DNA of 64,000 bases from Nitrospirota bacterium (GTDB lineage Bacteria > Nitrospirota > Thermodesulfovibrionia > Thermodesulfovibrionales > JdFR-86): NCBI GenBank assembly GCA_963721805.1, contig CAVRJY010000001.1:1184001-1248000 (forward strand), written 5' to 3'. Every line of letters starts with the position of its first letter. Position 1 is the first letter of the stretch. The position numbers and the translations under genes are program-made. Of the stretch, positions 20,753 through 29,798 are shown in pieces. Below the pieces are notes generated by a model. The model saw only the letters and a program-made list of their open reading frames with translations. It was not told the DNA's origin and searched no databases.

Positions 20753-21352
20753 TTAAAGCAGCAACAGGCCCAGCCGCAGGCGTATGCTGTTGAGCGGGCC
20801 GTTGGGGCGCGAGGTGCCAGCGTTCGAGATATGGTGGTAGCGGCAGTTGAGGTCGACAGCTACGTGCCTGCCCCAGAGTTCCATATCGGTCGGCCACTTG
20901 ACGCCCGCGCCGAACTGGTACGAGCCGTCCCACTCGCGGCTGAGTTCGGGGACGTGGAGGTTCGTGTAGACCGGCCCGCCTCCGCCGAAAACGTAGGGGA
21001 CGAAACCCTTGGGAGAGGTGAAGTTCCATATGGCGAAGAAGTGAAGCCCGACGATGACCGCGCTCTCGGGGCTGTATACGTAGCTGACCGGAAGCTCGAC
21101 CGCGAATTCGTGGCGGCCGCGATACCAGGAGTCCCCGCCGATCTCGCCGGTCAGGAAATACCCGTAACGTCCCACCAGGTCTATGGCCTCAACGCGCGAG
21201 CGCGTCGCGCCCATGCCGGGGATCGTCTCGCCATATCCGGTGAACAGGCCCCATTCGTCCTTTGCGGTGAGGAAGGCGTCCCGCGTGTCAGCGAGCGCGG
21301 GGGCCGCTGTGCATATAAGCAGCAACAGTGCAAAAAGTACGCGCCTGTGCAC
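20753..21352 (-). CDS. PagL-like outer-membrane beta-barrel (lipid A 3-O-deacylase/acyloxyacyl hydrolase family)
   Basis: Signal peptide, alternating beta strands, C-terminal YHHISNAG..PNGPLN motif. Confidence 0.8.
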   Translation of the reverse strand: MHRRVLFALLLLICTAAPALADTRDAFLTAKDEWGLFTGYGETIPGMGATRSRVEAIDLVGRYGYFLTGEIGGDSWYRGRHEFAVELPVSYVYSPESAVIVGLHFFAIWNFTSPKGFVPYVFGGGGPVYTNLHVPELSREWDGSYQFGAGVKWPTDMELWGRHVAVDLNCRYHHISNAGTSRPNGPLNSIRLRLGLLLL

Positions 21353-21354
21353 CG

Positions 21355-21798
21355 CTATTTTCTCCTGAGCGCCATGACGATTATGAGCCCTACGCCCACC
21401 GTAAGCGCGCTGTCGGCCACGTTGAACGCGGGCCAGTAGTGGTTGCCTATGTGAAAATACAGGAAGTCGTGCACGCTGCCGATACGGATGCGGTCCGTCA
21501 GGTTTCCGGCCGCGCCCCCGAGGATCAGCGAAAGGCTCAGCGGGTGCTCCATGCCCTTTACGAGCATGTATGAGATCACTAATATGGCAACGCTCGCCAT
21601 CGTGATGAAAAAACCGTTGCCCAATGTTACGCCCATGCTGAAGGCCGCCCCGGTGTTGTGCATGTGCACGAGGTCGAGGACCGGCAGCACGTGCACAGAG
21701 TCGCCCGGCGCGATCCGGGCCTGGACGATATACTTTGTCACCTGATCGAGCAGGTATACGCCCGGTATCACGAGCGCGGCTGTAGTCCATTTTTTCAT
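21355..21798 (-). CDS. lspA: Lipoprotein signal peptidase II
   Basis: DQVTK, NTGAAFS, GNLTDR, FNVADS. Confidence 0.95.
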   Translation of the reverse strand: MKKWTTAALVIPGVYLLDQVTKYIVQARIAPGDSVHVLPVLDLVHMHNTGAAFSMGVTLGNGFFITMASVAILVISYMLVKGMEHPLSLSLILGGAAGNLTDRIRIGSVHDFLYFHIGNHYWPAFNVADSALTVGVGLIIVMALRRK

Positions 21799-24566
21799 GA
21801 GATCGCGTTGTGACAGCGGACGCAGATCTCGGGGTGGCCCTCGATGCTGCCTACCTCGGACGTCCAGTTCCAGCACCGCTGGCACTTGGCCCCGGCCGCG
21901 CGCTTTATGCCGATCTTCAGCCCCTCAATAGTGGGGCTTTCATATGCGCCATCAGCGGGCTCGGCCACGATGGCCTCGGATACGATGAACAGCGAGGGCA
22001 GAAACGCGGCCTGTGCCCGCAGCAGCTCGCGGTCGGCCTCGTCCTTGGGCCATACAGCAACCGAGGCCTCAAGCGCGTTTCCGATAAACCGCTCCGCGCG
22101 CCTGAGTTCGAGCGCCTTATTGACCTCGTCTCTGATGGCTATGAGCCGCGCCCATTTCCCTTCAAGCTCAAGGTCGATAAAGGCATCCCTTGCGACCGGG
22201 AAACCAGCCAGAAACACGCTCTCGGCCGGTTTGTTTTTGGTATGCTGCCAGACCTCCTCGGCCGTGAAAGACAGCACAGGGGCCATCAGACGGGTCATGG
22301 TCATCAGGATCTCGTTTAAGACCCACTGGGCCGCGCGCCGCCCGGCGGAGTCCTTCCTGAACGTATAGAGGCGGTCTTTGAGGATGTCGAGGTAGAAGCT
22401 GCTCATGTCCACTATGCAAAAGCGGTAGAGGCTTTGGTAGACCTCGTGGAAGTTAAATGCCTCGTAGCTCTCGGTGACCTTCTTCGTAAGCCCTTCAAGC
22501 CGGGACATCGCCCAGCGGTCGATCTCTAGCAGGCTGCCGGAGTAGTCAGCGCCGTCGAAGTCGTTCAGGTTCCCAAGCAGGTACTTCTCTGTGTTGCGGA
22601 TCTTGCGGTATGCCTCGACGAGGCGGTCGAGGATCTCCTTTGAGATGCGGATGTCGCCGCAGTAGTCCTCGGCCGCGACCCACAGGCGGAGTATCTCGGC
22701 CCCGGAGTTCTTGATGATGTCCTGCGGCGCGACGACGTTTCCGAGGGACTTCGACATCTTCTTGCCCTTGCCGTCCACGGTGAAGCCGTGCGTCAAAACG
22801 GTGCGGTAAGGGGCCGATCCGCGCGTCCCTATCGAGGCCAGCAGCGAGCTTTGGAACCACCCGCGGTGCTGGTCCGAGCCCTCGAGGTACAGATCCGCGG
22901 GCCAGGTGAGCCCGTATCTTTCGTTGAGCACGCAGGCGTGGCTCACGCCGGAGTCGAACCAGACGTCGAGGATGTCTTTCTCCTTCTCGAACTCCGCCCC
23001 GCCGCACTTCGGGCACTTCCAGCCCGGAGGCAGAATCTCTGCGCTCTCGCGCTCGAACCACACGTCAGCGCCGTGCTCCGTTATCATCGCGACCGTGCGG
23101 TCCAGGACTTCCGCATCCGATGCGAGCCTGCCACAGCCCTTGCAATGAAATAGCGCTATCGGCACGCCCCATGTCCTCTGGCGCGAGATGCACCAGTCCG
23201 GGCGGGCCTTGACCATGTTATGTATGCGCTCACGGCCCCATGTCGGGACCCACTGCACGCGGTCGATCTCGGCGAGAGCTTTTTCGCGGAGGCCTTCGTG
23301 CTCCATCGATATGAACCACTGCTCGGTCGCGCGGAATATGACCGGCTTCTTGCACCGCCAGCAGTGGGGGTATGAGTGCTGTATCTTGTCGGAGTTCAGC
23401 AGCGCGCCGCGCTCGGTCAGAATTTCGAGCACGAGCTTGTTGGCCTCGAATACCGGCCTGCCCTCAAGGGCCTCGACGCCCGAGCCCCTGAACTTCCCGT
23501 ACTGATCGACCGGGGCCAGTATGTCGAGCCCCTCGCGCACTCCGACCTTGTAGTCGTCCTCGCCATGTCCGGGCGCGATATGCACTATGCCGGTGCCGTC
23601 CTCGGTCGAGACGAAGTCCCCGTGGGTGACGGTAGATATGCGGTCGAGGAATGGATGGCGCGCGCGGACGCCTATCAGTGTATCGCCGCGTAGGGTCAGC
23701 GCGACCTTTTTCGTTATAGCTGTCTTTGCGCAGAACGAGTCGGCGAGCGCGGAGGCGACGATGTAATGCGGCCCTCCGGCGTCCAGCGCCGAGTATTCGA
23801 TATCAGGGTTCACCGCGAGGGCGAGGTTGGCCGGTATCGTCCACGGCGTCGTCGTCCAGATCACGATATAGGCCTCCTTGCCCGCAAGGCCTAACTTCGC
23901 GAGGTCAGCGTCCTCGATGCGGAAGCGGACGAATATCGAGGGGGATTCCTTGTCCGCGTACTCGACCTCGGCCTCGGCCAGCGCTGTGACGCACGAGGCG
24001 CACCAATGCACCGGCTTCTTGCCCTTATAGACATACCCGCGTTTGACGAACTCCATCAGCTCCCCGGCGATGCGGCCCTCGTACTTGAAGTCCATCGTGA
24101 GGTACGGGGCCTCCCAGAAGCCGAACCCGCCGAGGCGCTTGAACTCCTCGCGCTGGATGTCTACGAACTTCGCGGCGTACTCGCGGCACATCTTGCGCCG
24201 CTCGAGCACGCCGATCTCGGATTTCTTCTTGCCGAGCTGCTTGTCGACCTCGAGCTCGATCGGCAGGCCGTGGCAGTCCCAGCCCGGCACGTACGGGGCA
24301 TAGAGGCCGCGCATCGAGTTGTACTTGACGATGATGTCTTTGAGGATCTTGTTAAGCGCGTGGCCTATGTGGATATGGCCGTTTGCATACGGCGGGCCGT
24401 CGTGGAGGATGTAGGACGGCTTGCCCTTGTTCGATTCGACCAGTTTTTCGGCGATGCGGCCTTTAAGCCAGAAGGCGAGCATCTCCGGCTCGCGCTGGCT
24501 GAGGTTGGCCTTCATGGGGAAGGCGGTTTCGGGCAAATTTAGGGTATCCTTGTAATCTTTTTCCAT
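21795..24566 (-). CDS. ileS: Isoleucine--tRNA ligase
   Basis: HDGPPYANG, HIGH, KMSKS, C-terminal zinc finger CQRCW...CVRC. Confidence 0.98.
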   Translation of the reverse strand: MEKDYKDTLNLPETAFPMKANLSQREPEMLAFWLKGRIAEKLVESNKGKPSYILHDGPPYANGHIHIGHALNKILKDIIVKYNSMRGLYAPYVPGWDCHGLPIELEVDKQLGKKKSEIGVLERRKMCREYAAKFVDIQREEFKRLGGFGFWEAPYLTMDFKYEGRIAGELMEFVKRGYVYKGKKPVHWCASCVTALAEAEVEYADKESPSIFVRFRIEDADLAKLGLAGKEAYIVIWTTTPWTIPANLALAVNPDIEYSALDAGGPHYIVASALADSFCAKTAITKKVALTLRGDTLIGVRARHPFLDRISTVTHGDFVSTEDGTGIVHIAPGHGEDDYKVGVREGLDILAPVDQYGKFRGSGVEALEGRPVFEANKLVLEILTERGALLNSDKIQHSYPHCWRCKKPVIFRATEQWFISMEHEGLREKALAEIDRVQWVPTWGRERIHNMVKARPDWCISRQRTWGVPIALFHCKGCGRLASDAEVLDRTVAMITEHGADVWFERESAEILPPGWKCPKCGGAEFEKEKDILDVWFDSGVSHACVLNERYGLTWPADLYLEGSDQHRGWFQSSLLASIGTRGSAPYRTVLTHGFTVDGKGKKMSKSLGNVVAPQDIIKNSGAEILRLWVAAEDYCGDIRISKEILDRLVEAYRKIRNTEKYLLGNLNDFDGADYSGSLLEIDRWAMSRLEGLTKKVTESYEAFNFHEVYQSLYRFCIVDMSSFYLDILKDRLYTFRKDSAGRRAAQWVLNEILMTMTRLMAPVLSFTAEEVWQHTKNKPAESVFLAGFPVARDAFIDLELEGKWARLIAIRDEVNKALELRRAERFIGNALEASVAVWPKDEADRELLRAQAAFLPSLFIVSEAIVAEPADGAYESPTIEGLKIGIKRAAGAKCQRCWNWTSEVGSIEGHPEICVRCHNAIS

Positions 24567-24576
24567 GTTCAGTGCG

Positions 24577-25587
24577 TTACCTTCTTCTGGGAGTTGGTGG
24601 CGTATAGGCCGGCTCCTCTGAGTCGGAGTCGGGGTCGTTGTCGCTGCTGTTGTCTTCGTTGTCAAACTGGTCGTTGTACGCGGGCTCCTCCGAGATAGGC
24701 GGTCTGACCGCCCTCGCGGGCCTCCGGCGCTCGGCGCCCGGTATAGGCATCTGCGGCCGGGACACGCGCATATTGACGGGCCGTCTTACGGGCGTATTGG
24801 GCAGCGCCTTGACTCCCCCGGCCGTTTCGAATGTCTCGAGCATGGTAAGCGCGCCCTTATCGTCATAGTGGAAAAAGTAGTTCTTGATCCCGGCCAGGGC
24901 CATGATGCGTATGGCGGCGCGCTGGAGTTCCATGCCGCTGAACTCGGTCGAGACGGGCAGGTCAGGCGTGTTGCCGTAGAGCTTCACCGTGAAGCCGCCC
25001 TCCTTGGCCAGCGCGTTGAGCACGGCCGACATCGGGGTGTTTACGATCTTCACGCTCGCGAGGCCCCCCTTGACCGAGACCTCCATGGCGGGCATGGCCT
25101 CTGGCGAGGCTTCATTGGCAAGCCCGGCGGTCGCGTTCGCGACGGCTGGGACAGGGCTATTGGCCAAGGCAGCGGCGTCCCTGGCCGCAACGGGCGCGTT
25201 TAGGACCGCTGGATGTTGCGCGGCTGGGGGCGTCTTGGGGAGCGGCCGCAGCCTGCCTGCCGGCGATGAGGGTATCCGCCGCCCCCTGAGCACTTGCGAG
25301 GGCGCCGCCGGTGCGGACGCTATGGGCGGCGCGATCTCGGCCGGTGACGCCTCGTTTGAGATCGCGTTCTGGCTGGCGAAGACCGGAGGTGGCAGCAATG
25401 CCCGGCCCCTTGTACGCGGGGCCCTTGGGTATGTGGCGCGCCGGGGCGGGGATACGGTATTGATGATCTTCGCATTTCTGAACTGGGCGTCGCTGGAATC
25501 CGAGTCGTCCTCGGCCATGGCCGCGCCTGCGGTCAGCACCGCGAGCGTCAGAGCGGCCAGCGCGAGCCCCAGTATCTTAAGCCGCAT
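24577..25587 (-). CDS. Secreted hypothetical protein with Pro/Ala-rich linker and possible STN-like domain
   Basis: N-terminal signal peptide, low-complexity middle, acidic C-terminus. Its start overlaps the fusA stop. Confidence 0.6.
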   Translation of the reverse strand: MRLKILGLALAALTLAVLTAGAAMAEDDSDSSDAQFRNAKIINTVSPPRRATYPRAPRTRGRALLPPPVFASQNAISNEASPAEIAPPIASAPAAPSQVLRGRRIPSSPAGRLRPLPKTPPAAQHPAVLNAPVAARDAAALANSPVPAVANATAGLANEASPEAMPAMEVSVKGGLASVKIVNTPMSAVLNALAKEGGFTVKLYGNTPDLPVSTEFSGMELQRAAIRIMALAGIKNYFFHYDDKGALTMLETFETAGGVKALPNTPVRRPVNMRVSRPQMPIPGAERRRPARAVRPPISEEPAYNDQFDNEDNSSDNDPDSDSEEPAYTPPTPRRR

Positions 25588-27675
25588 TATTTTTCCTCTT
25601 CATCTTTTTTGCGCTCGTCCACGAGCTTCTGCGTCAGGTGCGAGGGAAGCTCGTCGTAGTGCGAGAATTCCATATGATACGTGCCCCGGCCGGCCGTCAT
25701 GCTCTGGAGATGGTTTGCGTAGGTGAGCATCTCCGACATCGGGACAGCCGCGGATATGACCTGCTTGTTGCCCTGCGCGTCCATGCCGTGCACCTTGCCG
25801 CGCCGCGAGTTCAGGTCCCCGATGATCGTGCCCATCGCCTCCTCGGGCACCGTGATCGCTACCTCCATCATCGGCTCGAGGATGACCGGCTTGGCGTCCA
25901 TGAACGCCTTTTTGATCGCGAAGCTCCCGGCGATCTTAAACGCCATCTCAGAGGAGTCGACCGCGTGGTATGAGCCGTCGAAGACCGATACCCTCAAATC
26001 CACGACCGGGAACCCGGCATAGAGGCCCTTGTGCATCGCCTCCTGTATGCCCTTGTCCACGGCAGGGATGTAGTTGCGCGGTATCGAGCCGCCAACGATC
26101 TTGTCGACGAACTCGTAGCCGGTCCCGCGCGGCAGCGGCTCGATCTTTATCCAGCAGTCGCCGAACTGCCCCTTGCCGCCGGACTGCTTCTTGTACCTTC
26201 CCTGGGCCTCGGACTTCGCGCGGATCGTCTCGCGGTACGGGATCTTCGGGGCCTTCATCAGGACCTCGACGCCGAACTTGCGCTTGAGCTTCTCCAGCGT
26301 TACCTCGAGGTGGACCTGCCCCATCCCGGCGATGTGCATCTCCTTGGCCTCCTCGTCGCGCGTGAAGCGGAGCGTCGGGTCCTCCTCGAGCACCTTGTGC
26401 AGCCCGGTGGCGATCTTGTCCTCGTCGCCCTTGTTCCTGGCCTCGATCGCGTAGGAGATCATCGGCTCGGCGAAGTCCACCGCATCGAATGCGATCTTCT
26501 GGGCCTCGTCCGAAAGCGTGTTGCCGGTGTGCGTGTCTTTGAGCTTCGCCACAGCGCCGATCTCGCCGGGGCCGAGGGACTTGACCGGGGTGTTTTTCTT
26601 GCCCTGCATCACGAATATCTGCCCTATGCGCTCGGAGGCCTCGGTCGAGGAGTTGTAGACCGTGGAGTCCGCGTTGATCGTGCCGGAATAGACGCGGAAG
26701 AGCGAGAGCTTTCCGGCATAGGGGTCTGCGATGGTCTTAAATACGAACGCCGAGAGCGGGGCGTTCGGCTCGGGGCTGCGGGTGGCCTCGGAGCCGTCCT
26801 TGGGGTTCTTGCCGGTGATCGGCATCTTCTCGGCGAACTCCACCGGGGAGGGCAGGCACATCACTATTGCCTCGAGCAGCCTGTGGATGCCCATGTTCTT
26901 GATAGCGGAGCCCACGACGACAGGCACGAATATGCGCTTGCGCGAGCCCTCGCGCATCCCGAGGAGGATCTCGTCCTCGGTGAGCGCGCCGGTCTCCAGG
27001 TATTTCTCTATGAGCGAGTCGTCGCCCTCGGCGGCCTTCTCTATTAGCTTTGTCCTGAGTTCCTCGGCGCGGTCCCTGAGATCGGCGGGTATGTCAACCT
27101 CCTCGGCGGCCTTTCCGGTGCCGGGGCAGAGGAACGACCTCATGGACATCAGGTCCACGACGCCCTTGAAATTCTCGGCCGAGCCCATCGGGAAGTTAAG
27201 CGCGATGGCGGGCTTGCCGTAGGTCTTCTCTATGTTCTGGAGCGCGGCGTCGAAGTCCGCGCCCTCGCGGTCGACCTTGTTGACGAAGACGAGCGTCGGG
27301 ACGCCGAAGTCCTCGGCGTACTTCATGAGCCGCTCGGTCTCGCCCTTGATGCCGCTCTCAGCGCTCGCGAGCACGACCGCGCCGTCCGCGACCCTGAGGG
27401 CGCCCCTAGCGTCCTCGAGGAAGTTTATGAAGTCCGGGCGTGTCGATGATCGTGATATTGTGGCCCTTCCACGTGCAGTGCGATGGGGACGACGAGATCG
27501 TGATCTTGCGGCTGATCTCCTCCGGCTCGAAGTCGGTTACGGTCGTTCCGTCAAGCACGGTGCCGAGGCGGTCTATCGCGCCCGCGCCGAATAGCATCGC
27601 CTCGACCAGAGTGGTCTTGCCCGAGTTGCTGTGTCCGATTACCGCGATGTTCCTGATTTTGTCGATCTCTGCCAT
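25587..27675 (-). CDS. fusA: Elongation factor G paralogue (EF-G2 type), with a 1-nt frameshift near 27432
   Basis: IRNIAVIGHSNSGKTT and DTPG in ORF 27406-27675. NKVD, KKQSGGKGQFG and DSSEMAF in the second frame. Deleting one base gives DTPGFINFLEDARGALRVADGAV. Confidence 0.9.
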
Positions 27676-27699
27676 AGTGATGTTTTTAAAAAACCCCCT

Positions 27700-28137
27700 C
27701 TATGATTTATTGTCTTCGACTATCTGCGTGATGACGGGCAGTTGCGCGTCACCGGGCTTGTGCAGAAAGACAGACCAGAGCTTGACCAGCAAAAGCGCGA
27801 GGATGAGCAATCCGAAACCCGTGACGGCCGAGACCATCTCGGGGTCCCTGCCGGGGAAATATGCAGCGAGGAAGTCCTTGCCGATGACAGCGCCAACGAT
27901 CAGGCCGAGGACGGGTATGCCGTAGGCGATGAGCGCGCCCTTTATGTGGCCCGAGGGCATCTCGATCAGGACGCGCTGGCCCTCGTGCGCGCCGGGCGCG
28001 TTTATGGCCTCGATCTCCATGCCGCCCTCGGCCGCGGAGCAGATGCCGCCCGAGCACTTCTCGCACATGGGCGTCCGCTGCACTTTAACGCGCGCGATAC
28101 GGCCGTTTATGCCCGTTACAACCCCGCACTCTTCCAT
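27700..28137 (-). CDS. RseC/MucC family membrane protein
   Basis: MEECGVV...CEKCSGGIC...AYGIP, two TM helices. Confidence 0.82.
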   Translation of the reverse strand: MEECGVVTGINGRIARVKVQRTPMCEKCSGGICSAAEGGMEIEAINAPGAHEGQRVLIEMPSGHIKGALIAYGIPVLGLIVGAVIGKDFLAAYFPGRDPEMVSAVTGFGLLILALLLVKLWSVFLHKPGDAQLPVITQIVEDNKS

Positions 28138-28247
28138 AGTGTCTAATTCTAGCATAACTATATAACCGTTAGGCGGGTAGGCGGCGGGGGAAAAACCGCG
28201 CCCCCGGCCCGGTCCGGGCGCGAGGGCGCGATGAGTGGCTTTAAAGG

Positions 28248-28409
28248 CTATTTGCTATGGCTTGAGCAGAACTTCGCGCCGGCCGGGGCCATGCGCTTGC
28301 AGCGCGTCCCGGCGGCGGTCTTGGCCGCGCACTGCGCCGGGGCCTTTTCCTTCCTGGCGGTCGTGCCGCACTTCGATTTCTTTGATCCTCCTCCGCAACA
28401 TCCTGCCAT
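28248..28409 (-). CDS. Small basic Cys-rich protein with CCCH zinc-finger-like motif (53 aa)
   Basis: Manual translation MAGCCGGGSKKSKCGTTARKEKAPAQCAAKTAAGTRCKRMAPAGAKFCSSHSK. AGGAGG RBS ~8 nt upstream. Below the ORF-track size cutoff. Confidence 0.75.
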   Translation of the reverse strand: MAGCCGGGSKKSKCGTTARKEKAPAQCAAKTAAGTRCKRMAPAGAKFCSSHSK

Positions 28410-28577
28410 GCCCATGCCCTCCTGCGTGGTGATATAAGCGGGCTCATGCCCATCGGCTGTAAGTATATCCCCGGCGTCGCATATCTATCAAGGTTTTTCT
28501 TCGGCCGGGCTGCGCGCGCAATTTCATTAATATGACAAAATGCTCAGGGTCGCACCGGATCGGGTGCGGGGGCTTCC

Positions 28578-28607
28578 TTGACTAAAGAAAATTACATTTG
28601 GTAGGTT
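28578..28607 (+). promoter_or_regulatory. Putative sigma70 promoter of dksA
   Basis: TTGACT-N18-TAGGTT with TG extension, in an AT-rich intergenic region. Confidence 0.45.
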
Positions 28608-28637
28608 ATTAGGACTAAATTTTATGAGGTTCAATAT

Positions 28638-29398
28638 ATGCCTGCAAAGAAGAAGAGTATAAAGAAGAAAGCCCCGGCCGCCAAGGCCGCGCCCAAGAAG
28701 GCGGTTGCCAAGAAAACCGTGACGAAGAAAGCTGCGCCCAAAAAGGCCGTTATTGCCAAGAAGGCGGCACCGGCGAAGCAGGCCAAGAAGGCGTGGCCGT
28801 CCCGGTGAAGAAGGCCGTTAAAAAGGCCGCGCCGGTTAAGGCTGCTCCAAAGAAGGTAGTCCCGAAGAAGGCAGCGCCGAAGAAGGCAGTCCCCAAGAAG
28901 GCAGTCCCCAAGAAGGCAGTCCCCAAGAAGACCGCTCCTGTTAAGGTCGCCCCGAAGAAGGTTGCGCCAGTTAAGGCACCGGTCGCACCGCCGCAGCCCG
29001 TGGTCGCGGCCCCGAAGGGCCCGCCGAGGAAACTCACCGCGCGCGACAAGCGCATCCTTAAGATCAAAAATACGCTCCTTATGCAGAAGCATACGCTGCT
29101 GAGCGAGGCCGAGGTGGCCATGAACGCCCTGCCCGAGCAGACGATATTCCCGGACTTGGGGGACCAGGCCTCGGCCGAGACCGACCGCAACTTCATGCTC
29201 CGCCTTCGCGGCCGCGAGCAGAAGCTTATAAAGAAGATCGAAGAGGCCATCGAGCGCATCGACACCTGGACCTACGGCATGTGCGACAACTGCGGCGATG
29301 AGATCGAGATCAGCAGGCTGGAGGCCCGTCCGGTCACGACGATGTGTATCGACTGCAAGACCGAACAGGAAGAGGAAGAGAGACTGCAGGGGGATTAA
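28638..29398 (+). CDS. dksA: DksA/TraR C4 zinc-finger protein with long histone-H1-like Lys/Ala/Pro N-terminus, with a 1-nt frameshift near 28792
   Basis: ATG at 28638 after GAGG gives MPAKKKSIKKKAPAAK... The KKA repeats continue in the -1 frame into DLGDQA, YGMCDNC and CIDC. Confidence 0.88.
28861..28930 (+). repeat. 15-nt coding tandem repeat (CCCAAGAAGGCAGTC, PKKAV)
   Basis: Visible near-identical tandem copies within the dksA N-terminus. Confidence 0.85.
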
Positions 29399-29413
29399 GA
29401 GCTAGATATTCCC

Positions 29414-29446
29414 AAAAGGCGGAGCAGCAATGCTCCGCCTTTTTTT
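29414..29446 (+). terminator. Rho-independent terminator after dksA
   Basis: AAAAGGCGGAGCA-gcaa-TGCTCCGCCTTTTTTT. Confidence 0.9.
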
Positions 29447-29471
29447 GTTGCTCTCATGTGGCTCTGGGAGG

Positions 29472-29639
29472 AAAGCCGCGCTAAAGTCGCGTGATACTGC
29501 GTCACAACTCGCAGCCCGATCCTCAACGTATGTCCATATACGCCTCCGGTCGGTCTGCTCGTTGTTCCTTGTCTGACGCGATTTATCGCGCTTTGGTGAT
29601 GCCTATGCGGGATCGTGCGAGCGGTCAACGGCATTGATT
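29472..29639 (+). repeat. Structured palindromic repeat, copy A
   Basis: AAAGCCGCGCTAAAGTCGCGTGATAC...GTCTGACGCGATTTATCGCGCTTT plus tail GATCGTGCGAGCGGTCAACGGCATT. Aligns with copies B-E. Confidence 0.9.
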
Positions 29640-29798
29640 TATTCCTCATTCTTTCGGATATACACTGCTCCGACGATGCCCACCCGTTTTCGATGGAATT
29701 TATTTGGTTAAATTGCATCTGATGACTATTTTATCTGTCTCAATATACATGTGATATACTACTGCAATAATATGGTAGACCATAGAAAGGGTTAATCA

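Noticed and set aside
1..21352. Claim that this organism makes ladderanes or is an anammox bacterium
   Set aside because: Cluster similarity alone does not establish the product, and no anammox marker genes are in the window.
27406..27445. Programmed frameshift in the fusA paralogue
   Set aside because: No slippery sequence is present. An assembly error or simple mutation is more parsimonious.
28861..28930. Short tandem repeats as a CRISPR array
   Set aside because: The 15-nt coding repeats have no spacers, and there are no cas genes in the window.
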